NCBI GenBank assembly: GCA_963575745.1
Contig: CAUYUJ010000313.1
Location: 1 to 64,000, forward strand
Source: Prorocentrum cordatum
Taxonomy: Eukaryota
Reading direction: 5' to 3'
DNA: 64,000 nucleotides
A program made the position numbers and the translations under genes. Under the pieces are notes generated by a model, which was not told the origin of the DNA, did not search any database, and was given only the letters and a program-made list of their open reading frames with translations. Every line of letters begins with the position of its first letter. Position 1 is the stretch's first letter. Positions 23,695-36,310 of the stretch are shown in pieces.

Positions 23695-26600
23695 CCTACT
23701 CAACGGAGTCGGAGGAGGCGGCCACTCGCGACTAGGCGGCGCTACCGCTCAGCCGCCCCTCCCACAGTATGCGGCGAGTAGCGACACACGGGCTCCAGTT
23801 CCAGAGAACTACGACGCGACGTACTTCCTCTCGAACATCTCGGAGTGGGGCCCGCAGGCGGAGGGATTCATGAAGGCCCAAGCTGAGCAGTACGACGTGA
23901 TAGGCTTCGCGGAGATGCACCTGCGAGGCGTGAAGATCCTGGACTTCACCGAGAAGATCAGCAAGGACGGCTGGAAAGCCGCCGTCACAGCCGCAGCACC
24001 GTCGGGCCGATCGACTGAGGGCACGACGGGCGGCGAGGCGATCATATCCAAGCGCTCACTGGCCACGACGTCGTTCGAGGGGTGGCGCAAGCACGAGATA
24101 GAGCGATCGGCAGTCGACCCTTTCCAAGGCTTCTGCCCCACGACGTGGCACACGAAGGCAGGCAACATAGTGGTCATCTCCGCGTACATGCAGCCGAAGC
24201 ACGGCATGAAGGGCGCCAACGAGAAGATGATGATCAAGTTAGCCAGCTTCATCAACATGATATCCGACCCGTGGGTTGCCCTGGCCGACTGGAACAACCC
24301 ACCAGAGGCATGGGCTGGAACCAAGTGGCTTCGCAAGATTGGCGGCCAGTTGATCCTCCCTGAGAACACGAAGACCACGTGCAACCTGGGGTGCGGCTCC
24401 CTCATCGACTACGGGGTCTGCAAGAGCGGGTTCGGCGGCTCCCTCAAGCTCGAAGCCGCGCCTGAGGTCCCCTGGAAGACCCACGTGGGCCTCCTGCTCT
24501 CTATACGTGCGGGGAAGCAGCACTGGTGGCACCGAGCTATGCGGATACCGAAGCAGCTCCCGTCGGCGGGACGACCAGTGAAGAAAGCGGACCCGAACAG
24601 CAAGCGCCAGAAGTCGATGGTCGAGCGGCGCCAGCGCGCAAAGGCCAGACTCCAAGAGGAGCTCCAGGAAGCCTACGAAGAGCTCCACAGCTGGCCGACC
24701 ACGGCGGACACTGACAGCAACGACTCGGTGACTTTCGACATTCCGCTCGAAGTATGGCGGGCCGCAGCCGCCACGGTGGCAGGCCTGGGAGAGGACAATG
24801 AGGGTAACGAGGTGAAGGAAAAGTACGCCGATTCGAGCAATTCCCCCTCCTCCCACTTCCTGCTGACCCGCGACCCCGAGGCGCAGGAGCAGGTCGCCAG
24901 AGCGTTCGGCGACTGGGTGCAGACAGTAGAGAAGGCCACGCTCAAGCACCACGACATCCCCGAGACCGACTGGAAGCAGTACGAAGGCAGGGCCAGCGAG
25001 TACAAGATTACCTGGCGCAGGACCCGTGCTGCCCCAGCCCGCGCACATATGCGGGATCCGATGCTGGAATGGTGGCACTTGGCCACGGCGATCATAGCCA
25101 GATATCAGTTAATGAGGCGCAAGTTCTCGGAGCAGGACTATATGCGCATGGCAAACAGGATGAAGGAGCTGCTGGACGCTGCCACCGACAACAACTTCCT
25201 CGCCAAGTATACGGAGCCAGATGACAAGAGGGTCCTAGATGACTGGACCAAGGCCATTGCCGAATTGAACGGGCAGCACATCGACGCGCTCCAGGGCCTC
25301 CTGGAGATCGGCCTGAGGTTCCAAGCCCGTGCGGTGGGCATAGGACTCGCCAACGGCAGGCGGGCTTTCGCCAGTTGGGTCACTCGCATGTGGAAGCAGG
25401 CTCCAGGTGTGCTTCACCGACATGTGAAACCAGCTGCCTCTCGGCGAGACGAGCACTACGGGGACGCGGGCAGCACCTACGCCACGCCGTGCGAGATCAT
25501 GGACCGCCGCGCCGACTATTGGGAGAACGTCTGGTCCGACTCCGGCGCCGACCCCAAGAGTATCCTCGACGGCCTGAAGTATGTCGCGGAGCAGGCCAAG
25601 AGGGAGGACGTTCACCCGCTCGAGCTGGAGCACCTCGACCACCTGCTAGCGAAGCAGAACCCGAAGAAGGCCAGAGGCATTGACAACCTCGGCCCGCTGG
25701 AGGTGCAACGACTTCCAGAGCCAGGACGCAGACAGATGCTGGAAGTCCTCAACCTCTGCGAGAAGCACCTCATGTGGCCTTACCAAATCTACACGGTCAT
25801 AGGCGCGGTCGCCCCCAAGCCGAAGGGAGGCGACAGGATCCTGGGGTTGCTCCCGTACACGATGAAGGTGTGGTCCAAGCTCCGTTACCCGTTGAGCGAG
25901 AGGTGGAGCGACAGGCTTGGCGAGTTCTGGGACACGGCCATCAAGGGAAGTAGCCCGCTGCAAGCCTCACTGGCGAGGGCCTGCATGGACGAGTGCTGCT
26001 TCACCATGGGCATCAGCTGCGCGACCATCCTTCTAGATTTGGAGAAGTTCTACGACAGCATCTCCATCACAAAGCTCTGCCAGGCCGGCCTGAGGCAGGG
26101 CTTCCCTGCAGTCATCCTCGCGATGGAGCTCCAGATCTTCCTCGCCCCGCGATACTTGAAGGAGCGCCAGTGGATCAGCAGGCCGATCAAGATCGGAAAG
26201 CCGCTAGTGGCAGGATCCCCACACGGCGGCAAGTTGGCGAAGGTTCTCTTGGGCCCCATCCTCCAGCGCGCCCACGACAAGTACCAGTTCAGCATCATGA
26301 TGAAGACGTTCGTGGACGACACGATCATCCGCAGCGAGGGCACGTCCAGCAACGCGGAGACCACTCTGGTCCAAGCTGGCACCTCCATCGGCCACGACAT
26401 GCAGCTCGAGGGCCTCACGATCAGCCCCAAGACAGTCGTGGTCGCCAGCACGAGCAGCATCGCCAACAGAGTGGCACGAGCACTTCGGAGAAAAGGCATT
26501 CGGGCCACCTCGGCCCAGGCTGCCGCGGACTTGGGGGCCGACGTTGCCTCGGGACGGGCTCGCGCCAGGGCCACAGCACGCAGGCGAATGGTGAAGGCTA

Positions 26601-28653
26601 GCAGACGGTCCGCAGCCATTCACAGAATCAGGAGAATAGCCCGATTAAAGAGAGAATCGCAAGGTCTATGGAGAACGGGTGCCATGCCGTCTGGGACCTA
26701 CTCACACCAGCACCACGGGCTTCCTGAATACGAAGTGCTACGCCTCCGACGTCAAGCTGCTGCAGCCGCCTCTGGCGTGGGACCAGGGAGATGCTTGACG
26801 ACTGCCCTGGCCATCGAGTACGGCGACGACGACCCCGCTAAGAGTACCAGGCGACAGCAGATAGCAGCGTGGTTGACCATGTGGCGCCAGTGCCCAGGCA
26901 TCCATGACAGGATTCGGCAATCCTGGGACAAGATCCTCGACCGCATACGGAAGGCGGGCCAACGCAAGTGGAGGATCGTCCGAGGCCCAGCGGGAGCAAC
27001 CATAGCCACCCTCCTCGAGATTAACTGGGACCCGATCTCGGCGACTCAGTGGGGCACGGACGCTGGCAAGAGTTGGCTGATCCCAGCAAGAGAGGACGAG
27101 GGATCAAGAAGCTGAACGCGGACTACTCGGAGATCTTCAGCGATATCAACAACTCAGTGGACAGAATTCTCTGGACTCGGGCTTCGAGACATGAAGCAGG
27201 TAACGACCTCCACAGCGGAGGAGATTTCAGCATGATCAAGCAGGAGCACCGCCGTTTCGCCAACAAGGAGCAGCACAGCGAGATCGCGCTCAACACGGTG
27301 GTCACGACGGGCGGCCAGTGGACACGTACACGGATGGCTGCCGCAGGATACGAAGTTTCCGCAACTTGCCCGAGATGTGGAGATCAAGATGAATCTATTT
27401 TCCACAGAATATGGACGTGCGCAGCCAACTGCGACCACGACGACTTCACGGACAGCGACTTCCTCACCGCACAGGCGTTCGCGAACCACGAGGCCTCCCC
27501 GTCTTTCTGGCTCCGCGGCGTCCCCGCGGCAGCTGACACTATACCCGTCTTCGACGAGACCCCACCCATCACGGACAGCTTCGGGGACATCTCGAGGATC
27601 CCACGCGACGAGGAGGGATTCGCTGAGATTTTCGGAGACGGGTCGGGCGGTGAGCATAGCAGTGACTGGCGCCGCAGACGCGCGGGCTTTGGTTTTGTTT
27701 CTCTGGCCCCTGGTGCTCTGGACCCTATCGTTGGTGTTTCGTCTTCCCTGGAAGGGCGGGTCCAGACGGTCCCGAGGGCCGAGCTCTCTGCTTGTCTCGC
27801 CGCCCTGGAGCGAATCCCAGGGAAGATCCGATATATGACGGACCACCTGGCCCTGGCCCAGGCCTGGTCCAAAGGAGTCCCGCTCCTCCTTGCCTCCTCG
27901 TCCCCTCCCGCGAACGTCGACCTTTGGACCAGGATCCTGGAGGCTGCGGGAGATAGAGTCATTCGCGTAGTGTGGATCCCTGCCCACGTTGAGGCCAGGG
28001 ACGTGAATACCGAGGAGGCCCTTCGCAATGCTGTAGGCAATGCGTGTGCTGACGCACTCGCGGGCCTAGGAGCCCAGGCGAGCCAACGGTGCCGTCTCAC
28101 GAATCCCGACACCGACCGCCGCGATGCCGAGGCCGCCCTGGTCAGACGACGGGCTCGGAGAGCTCTGGTCGCGAGTATCCTTGCCGATCCCTGGACCGCG
28201 ACTCGGCCCGAGGCCCCTGTGGCCCAGCGTCTCCCCATTCTGACCAGGAGTTTGCGAGCCAGCGAGCACCAGTGGCGGAAGGTTGGTGCGAAGTATTTCT
28301 GCACGGTCTGTTCCCAGTTCGAAACCAGGGAGTCAAATCGAGAAGGGTGCCAGTCAAGGTGCTGCCCCAAGCCCCAGGGCCAGGGCATCTCACCGCTTCG
28401 CGGCCCCCAGATTGTGTCGGGGAAGCTTTTGTGTTCGAGCCACAAGCTCTCCTTCTGGGGCCGCTTTGGATTAACGTTTTGCACGGTGTGTGGCAAAACT
28501 GCCACGTCCGACCCAAGGTGGTTGGTAGACAGATGCAGGGCCTCCCCCAAAGGTGCGCAAAACCTCGCGAGGATCGCCCGAGGTTTATATCCGCATGTGG
28601 GGGGGCCCCCGCAGCACGTTCGGGACGCCGAGATTTCCAAATTCGTCCAGTAA
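23624..28653 (+). CDS. LINE ORF2 polyprotein (APE, RT, CCHC-like, RNase H, C-terminal zinc fingers) with one frameshift near 27100; start uncertain
   Basis: SNISEWG, GFAEMH, LADWN, LIDY; PKPKGGDRILGL, LLDLEKFYDSI, FVDD (26309-26320); CPRC...HRIWTC; complete RNase H motif set GDGSG / RAE / TDH / WIPAH / GNACADALA. Confidence 0.92.
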
Positions 28654-28809
28654 CTCGTCTGGCTTTGATCCAGTTTTCTTGGGGGCTCTGCTGGTGGCGT
28701 AAATGGCAAAGTGATGCGACGCCCTTCGGGAGGCCAGTAAAAGATCACGAGCGCCATCCAGCAGGGCTCCCCGGAGACATAAGACGGAGGCGAACTGGCG
28801 TTGGTGTCG

Positions 28810-29340
28810 CAAAGGAAGGAAGAGATAAATGGAATGAGGAATAAGAATGAGCAAGAAGCTGAATAAAAAGAAGGAAGAACAGAATAAAGAAGAATAAAGA
28901 ATTAAAACGAAACAGACAAAGCTAAGCAAGAAAGGAATTAGAAGACGACGAAGAAAAGAAATACAAAGAATAAGAAGACGCTTAGCAAGACAGAAGAAGA
29001 AAACAGAACGAATGAAAAGCATAAGGTAACCCGAACGAGACTGACCGACTCATCGAAAAAGTTTTAAGAGAACAAGAAGTAGAAATAACTAAGAAAGAAA
29101 AAAAAACAAAAATAAATCAACAAACACAGCATCGCGGAATAAGAACGCTAACTCAGAAAAGAAGAAGAAAAGAATAAAATAATAATGATGCATCCGCCGA
29201 CGCAATAAGCCTAAGCAGCAATCAAGACTTAATTACTAATAATAATAAAATACGAAGAAACTCAAAATAGTTAAGTAATAAAAATAATAAGCAGAACGGA
29301 AGACACTCAGAATAATACAGACGAATCAATACTAATACTA
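28810..29340. other. A-rich low-complexity tract after element 2 (degenerate tail or noisy consensus)
   Basis: GAA/AAT-rich with no stable period. Confidence 0.5.
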
Positions 29341-29469
29341 CATCATCCAGCCAAATCCTCCTAACTCCAAGAATCCTTGATCTCCTACCTACGATATAGT
29401 CACTCCACCTCCTAATAATGCAATCTAATACCTTCTCCGGACCCCCCTCCTCCTCCTCCCCCGATTCCT

Positions 29470-29658
29470 TCTCATCATCATCCGCCTCCGCCTCGTCATC
29501 CTACTAGTCGCCGTCAGCATCGTCATCGACAGCATCATCAGCAGCATCAGCATCATCAGCAGCATCAATATCGTCAGTATCAGCATCCTCATCAACAGCA
29601 TCATACTCAGCATCATCATCATCAGAATCAGCCTCAGCATCAACAGTATCAGCATCAG

Positions 29659-29723
<65 letters not shown>

Positions 29724-30841
29724 GCATCGTCATCATCAGTATCATCATCAACAACAACAGCATCATCATCAGCAGCATCACCATCATCACCAGCATCATC
29801 ATCGTCACCCGCATCATCCTCAGCCTCAGCATCAGCATCAGCGACCGCGTTATCATCGTAATCGTCGTCATCATCATCAGCAGCATCGTCATCGACATAG
29901 TCATCAGCGTCATCACCATCATCATCATCGTCATCATCATAATTAGCATCAGCAGCATCATCAGCGCCATGATCATTAGCATCATCATCAGCAGCAGCAG
30001 CATCAATTTCCTAGTCACCAGCAGCAGCAACATCATCATCCGCGCCATCAGATCAGCATCACCAGCAGCATCATCATCAGAATCGGCATCAGCATCATCA
30101 GCCTCATCATCCGCAGCATGACCAGCATCATTATCAGCAGCATCAGCAGCAACAGCATCATCAGACGCATCCGCAACAGCGACATAAGCGTAATCATCAG
30201 CACCGTCAGCATCATCAGCATCATCGGCGTCGCCGTCAGCATCGTCGCCATCGTCATCCTCAGCATCGTCAGCATAAGCATCATCACATCATTATCATCA
30301 CCATCATCAGCATCATCATCATAGACTCAATCATCAGCATCACAAACATCATCATCAGCATCATAACCATCACCATCATCAGCAACAGCATCTTCATCGT
30401 CAGATTTATTATCTGAATCAGCAGCAGCATCAGCATCATCACTCTCATCATCTGCATCATCAGCAGCATCGACATCGCCATAAGCATCAGCAGCATCAGC
30501 AGCAGCAGCAGCATCAGAAGCATCAGCAGCATCAGCATCAGCAGCAGTATCATCAGCAGCAGCATCATCAGCATCAGCATCATCAGCAGCATCGTCATAA
30601 GCAGAAGCAGCATCAACACCACCATCATAAGCATCAGCATCAGCATGATCATCAGCAGCATCGTCGCCATCATCATCAGCAGCATCGACATCATCATCAT
30701 GAGCATGAGCATCAGCATCAGCATCATCGTCATCATCATCGGCAGCAGCATCATCAACCTCATCGACATCACCCTCATCAGCATCAGCATCATCATCATC
30801 ATCATCATCATCCTCCTCCTCCTCCTCCTCCTCCTCCTCCT

Positions 30842-30872
<31 letters not shown>

Positions 30873-30906
30873 ATCATCATCATCATCATCATCATCATCG
30901 TCGTCG

Positions 30907-30956
<50 letters not shown>

Positions 30957-31251
30957 AGCATAGTCATCAGCATCATCAGCATCATCGTCATTCTCCTCAT
31001 TCTCAAAATTATCTGTCTCCTCCTCCTCCGTCTCCTCCTCATCCACCGCATCATTATCCTCCTACTCCGCCTCCTCCTCCTCCTCCGCCTCCGCCTCCTC
31101 CTCCTCCGCCTCCTTCCCTTCCTCCTCGTTCCCCGCCCCCGCATCCTCCTTTTCTTCCACCTCCTCCTCATCCTCCTCTGACTCCTCCTCATCATGAGCA
31201 TCATCATCATAACCAGCATCATCAGCATCACCAGATTCCCTCTCCTCCTTC

Positions 31252-31305
<54 letters not shown>

Positions 31306-31810
31306 CCATCACCATCACCATCACCATCACCATCAGTATTATCAGCATCATCATCAGCATCATCATCACCAGCATCATTACCATCAGCATCATCATCATC
31401 AGAATCATAATCCTGATCGTCGTCATCATCATCGTCATCATCATCATAATCATCATCCTCCTCCTCCTCCTCATCATCATCATCATTATCATCATCAGCA
31501 TCGTCACCATCATCATCATCAGCATCACAGCAGCAGCATCATCATCGTCCCCCATCATCTCCCTCCGTCCTCCCTCCCCTCCTCCTCCTCCTCTTCCTCT
31601 TCCTCCTACTCCTCCTTCTCCTCCTCCTCCTCCTCCTCCTCCGCCTCCTCCTCCGCCTCCTCCTCCTCTCATCATCATAACCGTCATCATCAGCAGCATC
31701 AGCAGTATCAACATCATCATCGTCAGCATCAGCATCACCATCATCATCCTCGTCATCCCCACCATCGTCATCATCATCAGCAGCAGCATCATCATCACCA
31801 TCAGCATCGT

Positions 31811-31844
<34 letters not shown>

Positions 31845-31918
31845 ATCATCATCACCATCATCTTCATCATCAGCAGCAGCATCATCAAGATCATCATCAA
31901 CATCATCATCATCACCAC

Positions 31919-31957
<39 letters not shown>

Positions 31958-31959
31958 GC

Positions 31960-32007
<48 letters not shown>

Positions 32008-32172
32008 GCATCATCATCGTCATCATCATCATCCCATCCCTCCTCCTGCTCCTCTTCCTCCTCCCTCCTCCTCCAATTCCTCCTCGTCCTCCTCCTCCTC
32101 TTCCTCTCCCTCTCATCATCGTCATCATCATCAGCATCAGCATCATTATCATAAGCATCAGCATCGTCATCG

Positions 32173-32205
<33 letters not shown>

Positions 32206-32221
32206 GCATCATCATCATCAT

Positions 32222-32264
<43 letters not shown>

Positions 32265-32326
32265 GTCATCATCATCATCAGCAGCAGCAGCATCATCATC
32301 ACCATCAACACCATCATCATCAGCAG
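29470..32326. repeat. Compound (CAT)n/(CAG)n/(CCT)n microsatellite
   Basis: Direct inspection; source of the 799-aa poly-Met and poly-Ile/Asp ORFs. Confidence 0.97.
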
Positions 32327-32849
32327 ATTAGTATTATTCCGCATCCTCGAGCGTAGCCGAGGGGCGCGATCCTCGAAGTTCAGCCACACCTGCTTCCTCC
32401 CACGCCTGCCACTGCGGCGGGGCGCGAGACCTGGTGCCTCACTGTGGGCAACACAGAAGTGACACGCCTGCTCGGACAAAGGAGGATTCGGCAACGATAC
32501 CAGCGAAGTCTGAAGATAGCTGGCGTGGACACAAACTAGAATAGAAATACGCGATGGACGGATGATCCTGAACCTGGCAATTGGGCATCTCGGGGTAGGG
32601 TTCTCCTCCTCCTCCTCCTCCTTCTCCTCCTCCCGCCTCCTCGTCCGCAGGCCGGCACGTCCTCGGTGGACGTGGAGCACCACGCGTTGGCGCCCTTCAC
32701 CTCCACGTGGAGCAGCTTCGGGCCCCCCTCTGTCTGCGCGCGGACGAGGAGGCGCAAGGAGGACGGCGAGGCCGACGAGAGGGGAGCGGAGCCGACGAGG
32801 AAGAGGAAGAGGAAGAGGAAAAGAAACCGGGGGCGGAGGATGAGACGGA

Positions 32850-32850
32850 G

Positions 32851-32889
<39 letters not shown>

Positions 32890-32909
32890 CAACGACGGAC
32901 GCCGACGCT

Positions 32910-32945
<36 letters not shown>

Positions 32946-32972
32946 CACGACGACGACGACGACGACGACGAA

Positions 32973-33003
<31 letters not shown>

Positions 33004-33032
33004 TCGACGACGACGACGACGACGACGACGAC
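32850..33032. repeat. (GAC)n microsatellite with (GACGCC)n patch
   Basis: Direct inspection. Confidence 0.95.
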
Positions 33033-34039
33033 GGAGGGAGGGGGAGGAAAAAGGACGTAGCAGGGAGAAGGGGAGGAGGGAGAGTAAAAGAAGGAAGGGG
33101 AGCAAAGAGGAGGGAAGAGGAAGGAAAGCGAGAGAATGATGGAGGAGGGGCAGGAGGAGCGAGCGACGCCTGACAAGGGAGGAAAGACCAGACGAGCCTC
33201 GACGAGGAATCCGGGAGGAGAGGCCAGGGAGCATGGACGACGGAGGAAGGAGGGAGGAGGGAGAAGAAAGGAGGGACGCAGGAGGGAGATGCTTGGAGAC
33301 ATCAGGCGGATGAGCAGGAGGAGGAAGAAAGAATCACGAGCAGAGGCAGGAGGAGTAGAACCAAGGAACAGCGGAGGAGGGAAAGGGACAGGGACGGAAA
33401 CGACAAAGAAGAAATCAGATCCTGAATCTTGATCCGCGCTGTCGCAAGATCGCCACTCTAAACGACGGGGGAAAATCACCCATCCTGAAATAAGGCCCTC
33501 GCTGCAGCGGAAGCACCATGCTTGGAAGACGAAGGACGTCCCGCCGATCGAATAACCGAAACAAACAACAGGTTCTGCATGTAAATGAAAGACGCGATGG
33601 CGGGAGCAACGCTGGAGCTTGCCAGGGGAGCGCCCAGAAGAGCACTCTCACTGAGCCATTCTAGAGAGACGGGGGGTAGGGGCAAGGGGCAGGTGGTCTC
33701 CCTGGAGGTCTTCGGGGTCTCGGGGAATCTACGGAGCCACACTACAAAACGGCCCAAAACCACAATCCTCGAAGATTATCCTCACGAGGGCCAATCTCCT
33801 TGTACACGTCGTCTCTCCTCCAGGGCAAGGGCAGGGACAGAAATGGGGACACGGGAAGAGGGATCGATCCGCCTCTGTGTCCGAAGTCACCTTGCCCAGG
33901 GGCAACAAATCCAGCTTGAACCCGTTCTGGAGCTCTACAACCAGCGCGTTGCCGGTGCGGTCGTCGTCCTGTCCCCGCCGATAGCGGCTCGCATCCTCGT
34001 CGTAATGATTAGTCATGCTGTTTCTGGTGCCTCTCCTCC

Positions 34040-34312
34040 TCATCAGCATCATCAGATTCATCAGCATCACCACCACCACATAGCATCATCATCATCAACA
34101 ACATCATCATCATCGTCAGCATCATCATCAGCAACAGCATCATCATCATAATCGTCATCAGAATCAGCATCCTCATCATCATCATCTTCATCAGCAGCAT
34201 CATCAGCATCATCAGCAGCATCAGCATCAGCATCAGCATCAGCATCATCCCAATCCTCGTAACCATCATGAACAATCTCATCAACAACAACGACAACGAC
34301 AACAACAACAAT
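34040..34312. repeat. (CAT)n/(CAG)n/(AAC)n microsatellite
   Basis: Direct inspection. Confidence 0.92.
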
Positions 34313-35339
34313 CATTTTACCCGAACGCGTGGTGTTCTCCCCAGTGCCAGGGTTTTCATACGACACCAGGCAATACCCCCACTTCGTGGGGGGGCATTAC
34401 AAGCTCTACCAAATATCCAAACGACTCTTCGCGACCACCCAAACCCAGCTTCCCGCCCTATGACGTTGGGACACTTCACTTCGTGGCGTGCGGACGACCG
34501 TGGCTACTACACTGGCGTGGGGTACACACCCACAGAACTTGGTCACTTATTCGGGGCGGTGTATGTCCCGCAAAAAAACGAATCTGTCCCGCATGGTATT
34601 ATTTGACAGGGATGATGGCCCTGGCAGGTGCGCAACCGTTGTCGCAGAAGTTCGAAAAAGTTGCTCGCAAAAGCCCGTTTGACAGAAATGTTTAAAAAGT
34701 GTTGGGTTTCCTACGAATCCGCAAGAGCGCGCGGGATGAGATTTTGACATTTTTTTGTTGAAAAACCATTGGTTTTTTGATGTTTTTATGTTAAAATCGC
34801 TCCGAACACTAAGCTTTTGGAAGGATTTCGTCTTGCGCGCGCGAATGTCCACTTTACCTTATTTTTTGCAAGGGATTCTTGAAATTTGATTATATTTGAA
34901 CAAGAAATTTCATTTTATAGTGTTTTTTGCAAGGGAAAGCGGATTACAACAAAACAACCGGATCTTGATCAACTCGAATTACCTGAGGCTTCCTCACGAA
35001 AATGATGAAAACGTGGCTGCGGCCTAGGCGCGGCGGGGGGGGCGCGCACCAGGGGGCCCAACAATAATTATTCTTTAGAAGTAATAATGTTCAACCACAA
35101 CAACAACAAGAATCCGATTACCCTCATGCGCGATGTTTCCACACGAAGCATGCGACCATCATGATAACCATCCACATCATGGGAGACTCTTGTTCTACAT
35201 CGGGGTCCGTTATTCCCACTCCCAGATCTCCCGCCCAATGAGGTCTTGCAAACACCTTCTCCGAAGAATTTCGACATATTCCGCATCGAAACACATGCCC
35301 GCGCCTTGCTGCGCCGATGCGAGACCGCCAGTGGAACCC

Positions 35340-36310
35340 CAGTCAAGGGTAAAGCACAAGGAAGTATCGAACAACAGGATTGCCTTGGTGGGGATGGGTG
35401 CTGTCGGCGGTGAGGCAAGGACCTGGCCCTGAATAGAAAGGGAAGAAGTCTCGAGCAGGGCTGCTGTTGTTGCTGGGAGCGGCACCGATGCTGAAAAGAG
35501 TTCGGCGCCAGTCCCGCGTAAAACGGAAAGAAGTCTCGGGCGGGAGCGCTGGTTTTGTTGGGACGGCGGCTTTCGGCGGCGAGGAGGAACACCGCCTTGA
35601 GTACGAAAGGAGAAAGCCTCGAGCGGGAGCCGTGGTTTTGTCGGGACGGGGGTTGTCGGCGGCGAGGAACAGCCAGGAAAAGGAGAGAAAATCCCGAGCG
35701 GGAGCGTTGTTCTTGCTAGAAGCGGCGCCAATTCAAAAGAGAGTTGGGCACCAGTCCAGCGTAAACCGGAAGGAAGTCTCGGGCGGGAGCGCTGGTTTTG
35801 TCGGGGCGGCGGTTTTCGGCGGCGAGGACGAGCACCGCCTTGAGTAAGAAGGGAGGAAGCCTCGAGCGGGAGCCGTGGTTTTGTCGGGACGGGGGTTGTC
35901 GGCGGCCAGGAACAACACCATCTTCAGGAAAAAGGGAGAAGCCTCGAGCGGGAGCGTTGTTCTTGCTGGGAGCGGCGCCAATTCAAAAAAGAGTTGGGCG
36001 CCAGTCCAGCGTAAAACGGAGGAAGTCTCGGGCGGGAGCGCTGGTTTTGTCGGGGCGGCGGTTTTCGGCGGCGAGGAGGAGCACCGCCTTAAGTAAGAAA
36101 GGGAGGAAGCCTCGAGCGGGAGCGTTGTTTTTGCTGGGGGCGGCGCCGATGAGAGAAAGACTAGCGCGCCAGTCCAAGGTAAAACGGGAGGAAGTCTCGA
36201 GCGGGAGCACTGGTTTTGTTAGGACGGCGGCTTTCGGCGGCGAGCAAGAACACCAGCCCTGAGCAAAAAAGAAGGAAGCCTCGAGCGGGAGCGTTGTTGT
36301 TGTTGGGGGG
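35340..36310. repeat. Higher-order tandem repeat: ~83-bp monomers anchored by CGRGCGGGAGC, grouped as ~245-bp trimers
   Basis: Anchor recurs at about 35452, 35537, 35620, 35695, 35780, 35863, 35945, 36028, 36113, 36197 and 36282, with three alternating monomer types. Confidence 0.85.

Larger units (their letters stand above)
22461..28800 (+). mobile_element. Non-LTR retrotransposon 2, SL-headed, near intact (3' boundary approximate)
   Basis: Same organisation as element 1; only two single-base frameshifts seen. Confidence 0.93.

Noticed and set aside
17185..28757. Long minus-strand ORFs over the LINEs (e.g. 27384-28757, 20038-20886)
   Set aside because: Antisense shadows of high-GC3 coding sequence.
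29425..32683. 799-aa poly-Met and related poly-Ile/Asp ORFs
   Set aside because: Translations of (CAT)n/(CCT)n repeats.
33880..33901. Possible very degenerate SL (TCCGAAGTCACCTTGCCCAGGG)
   Set aside because: Only about 13/22 matches.
35340..36310. CRISPR-like array
   Set aside because: The apparent spacers are themselves repeated, the anchor is short, there are no cas genes, and the context is eukaryotic.
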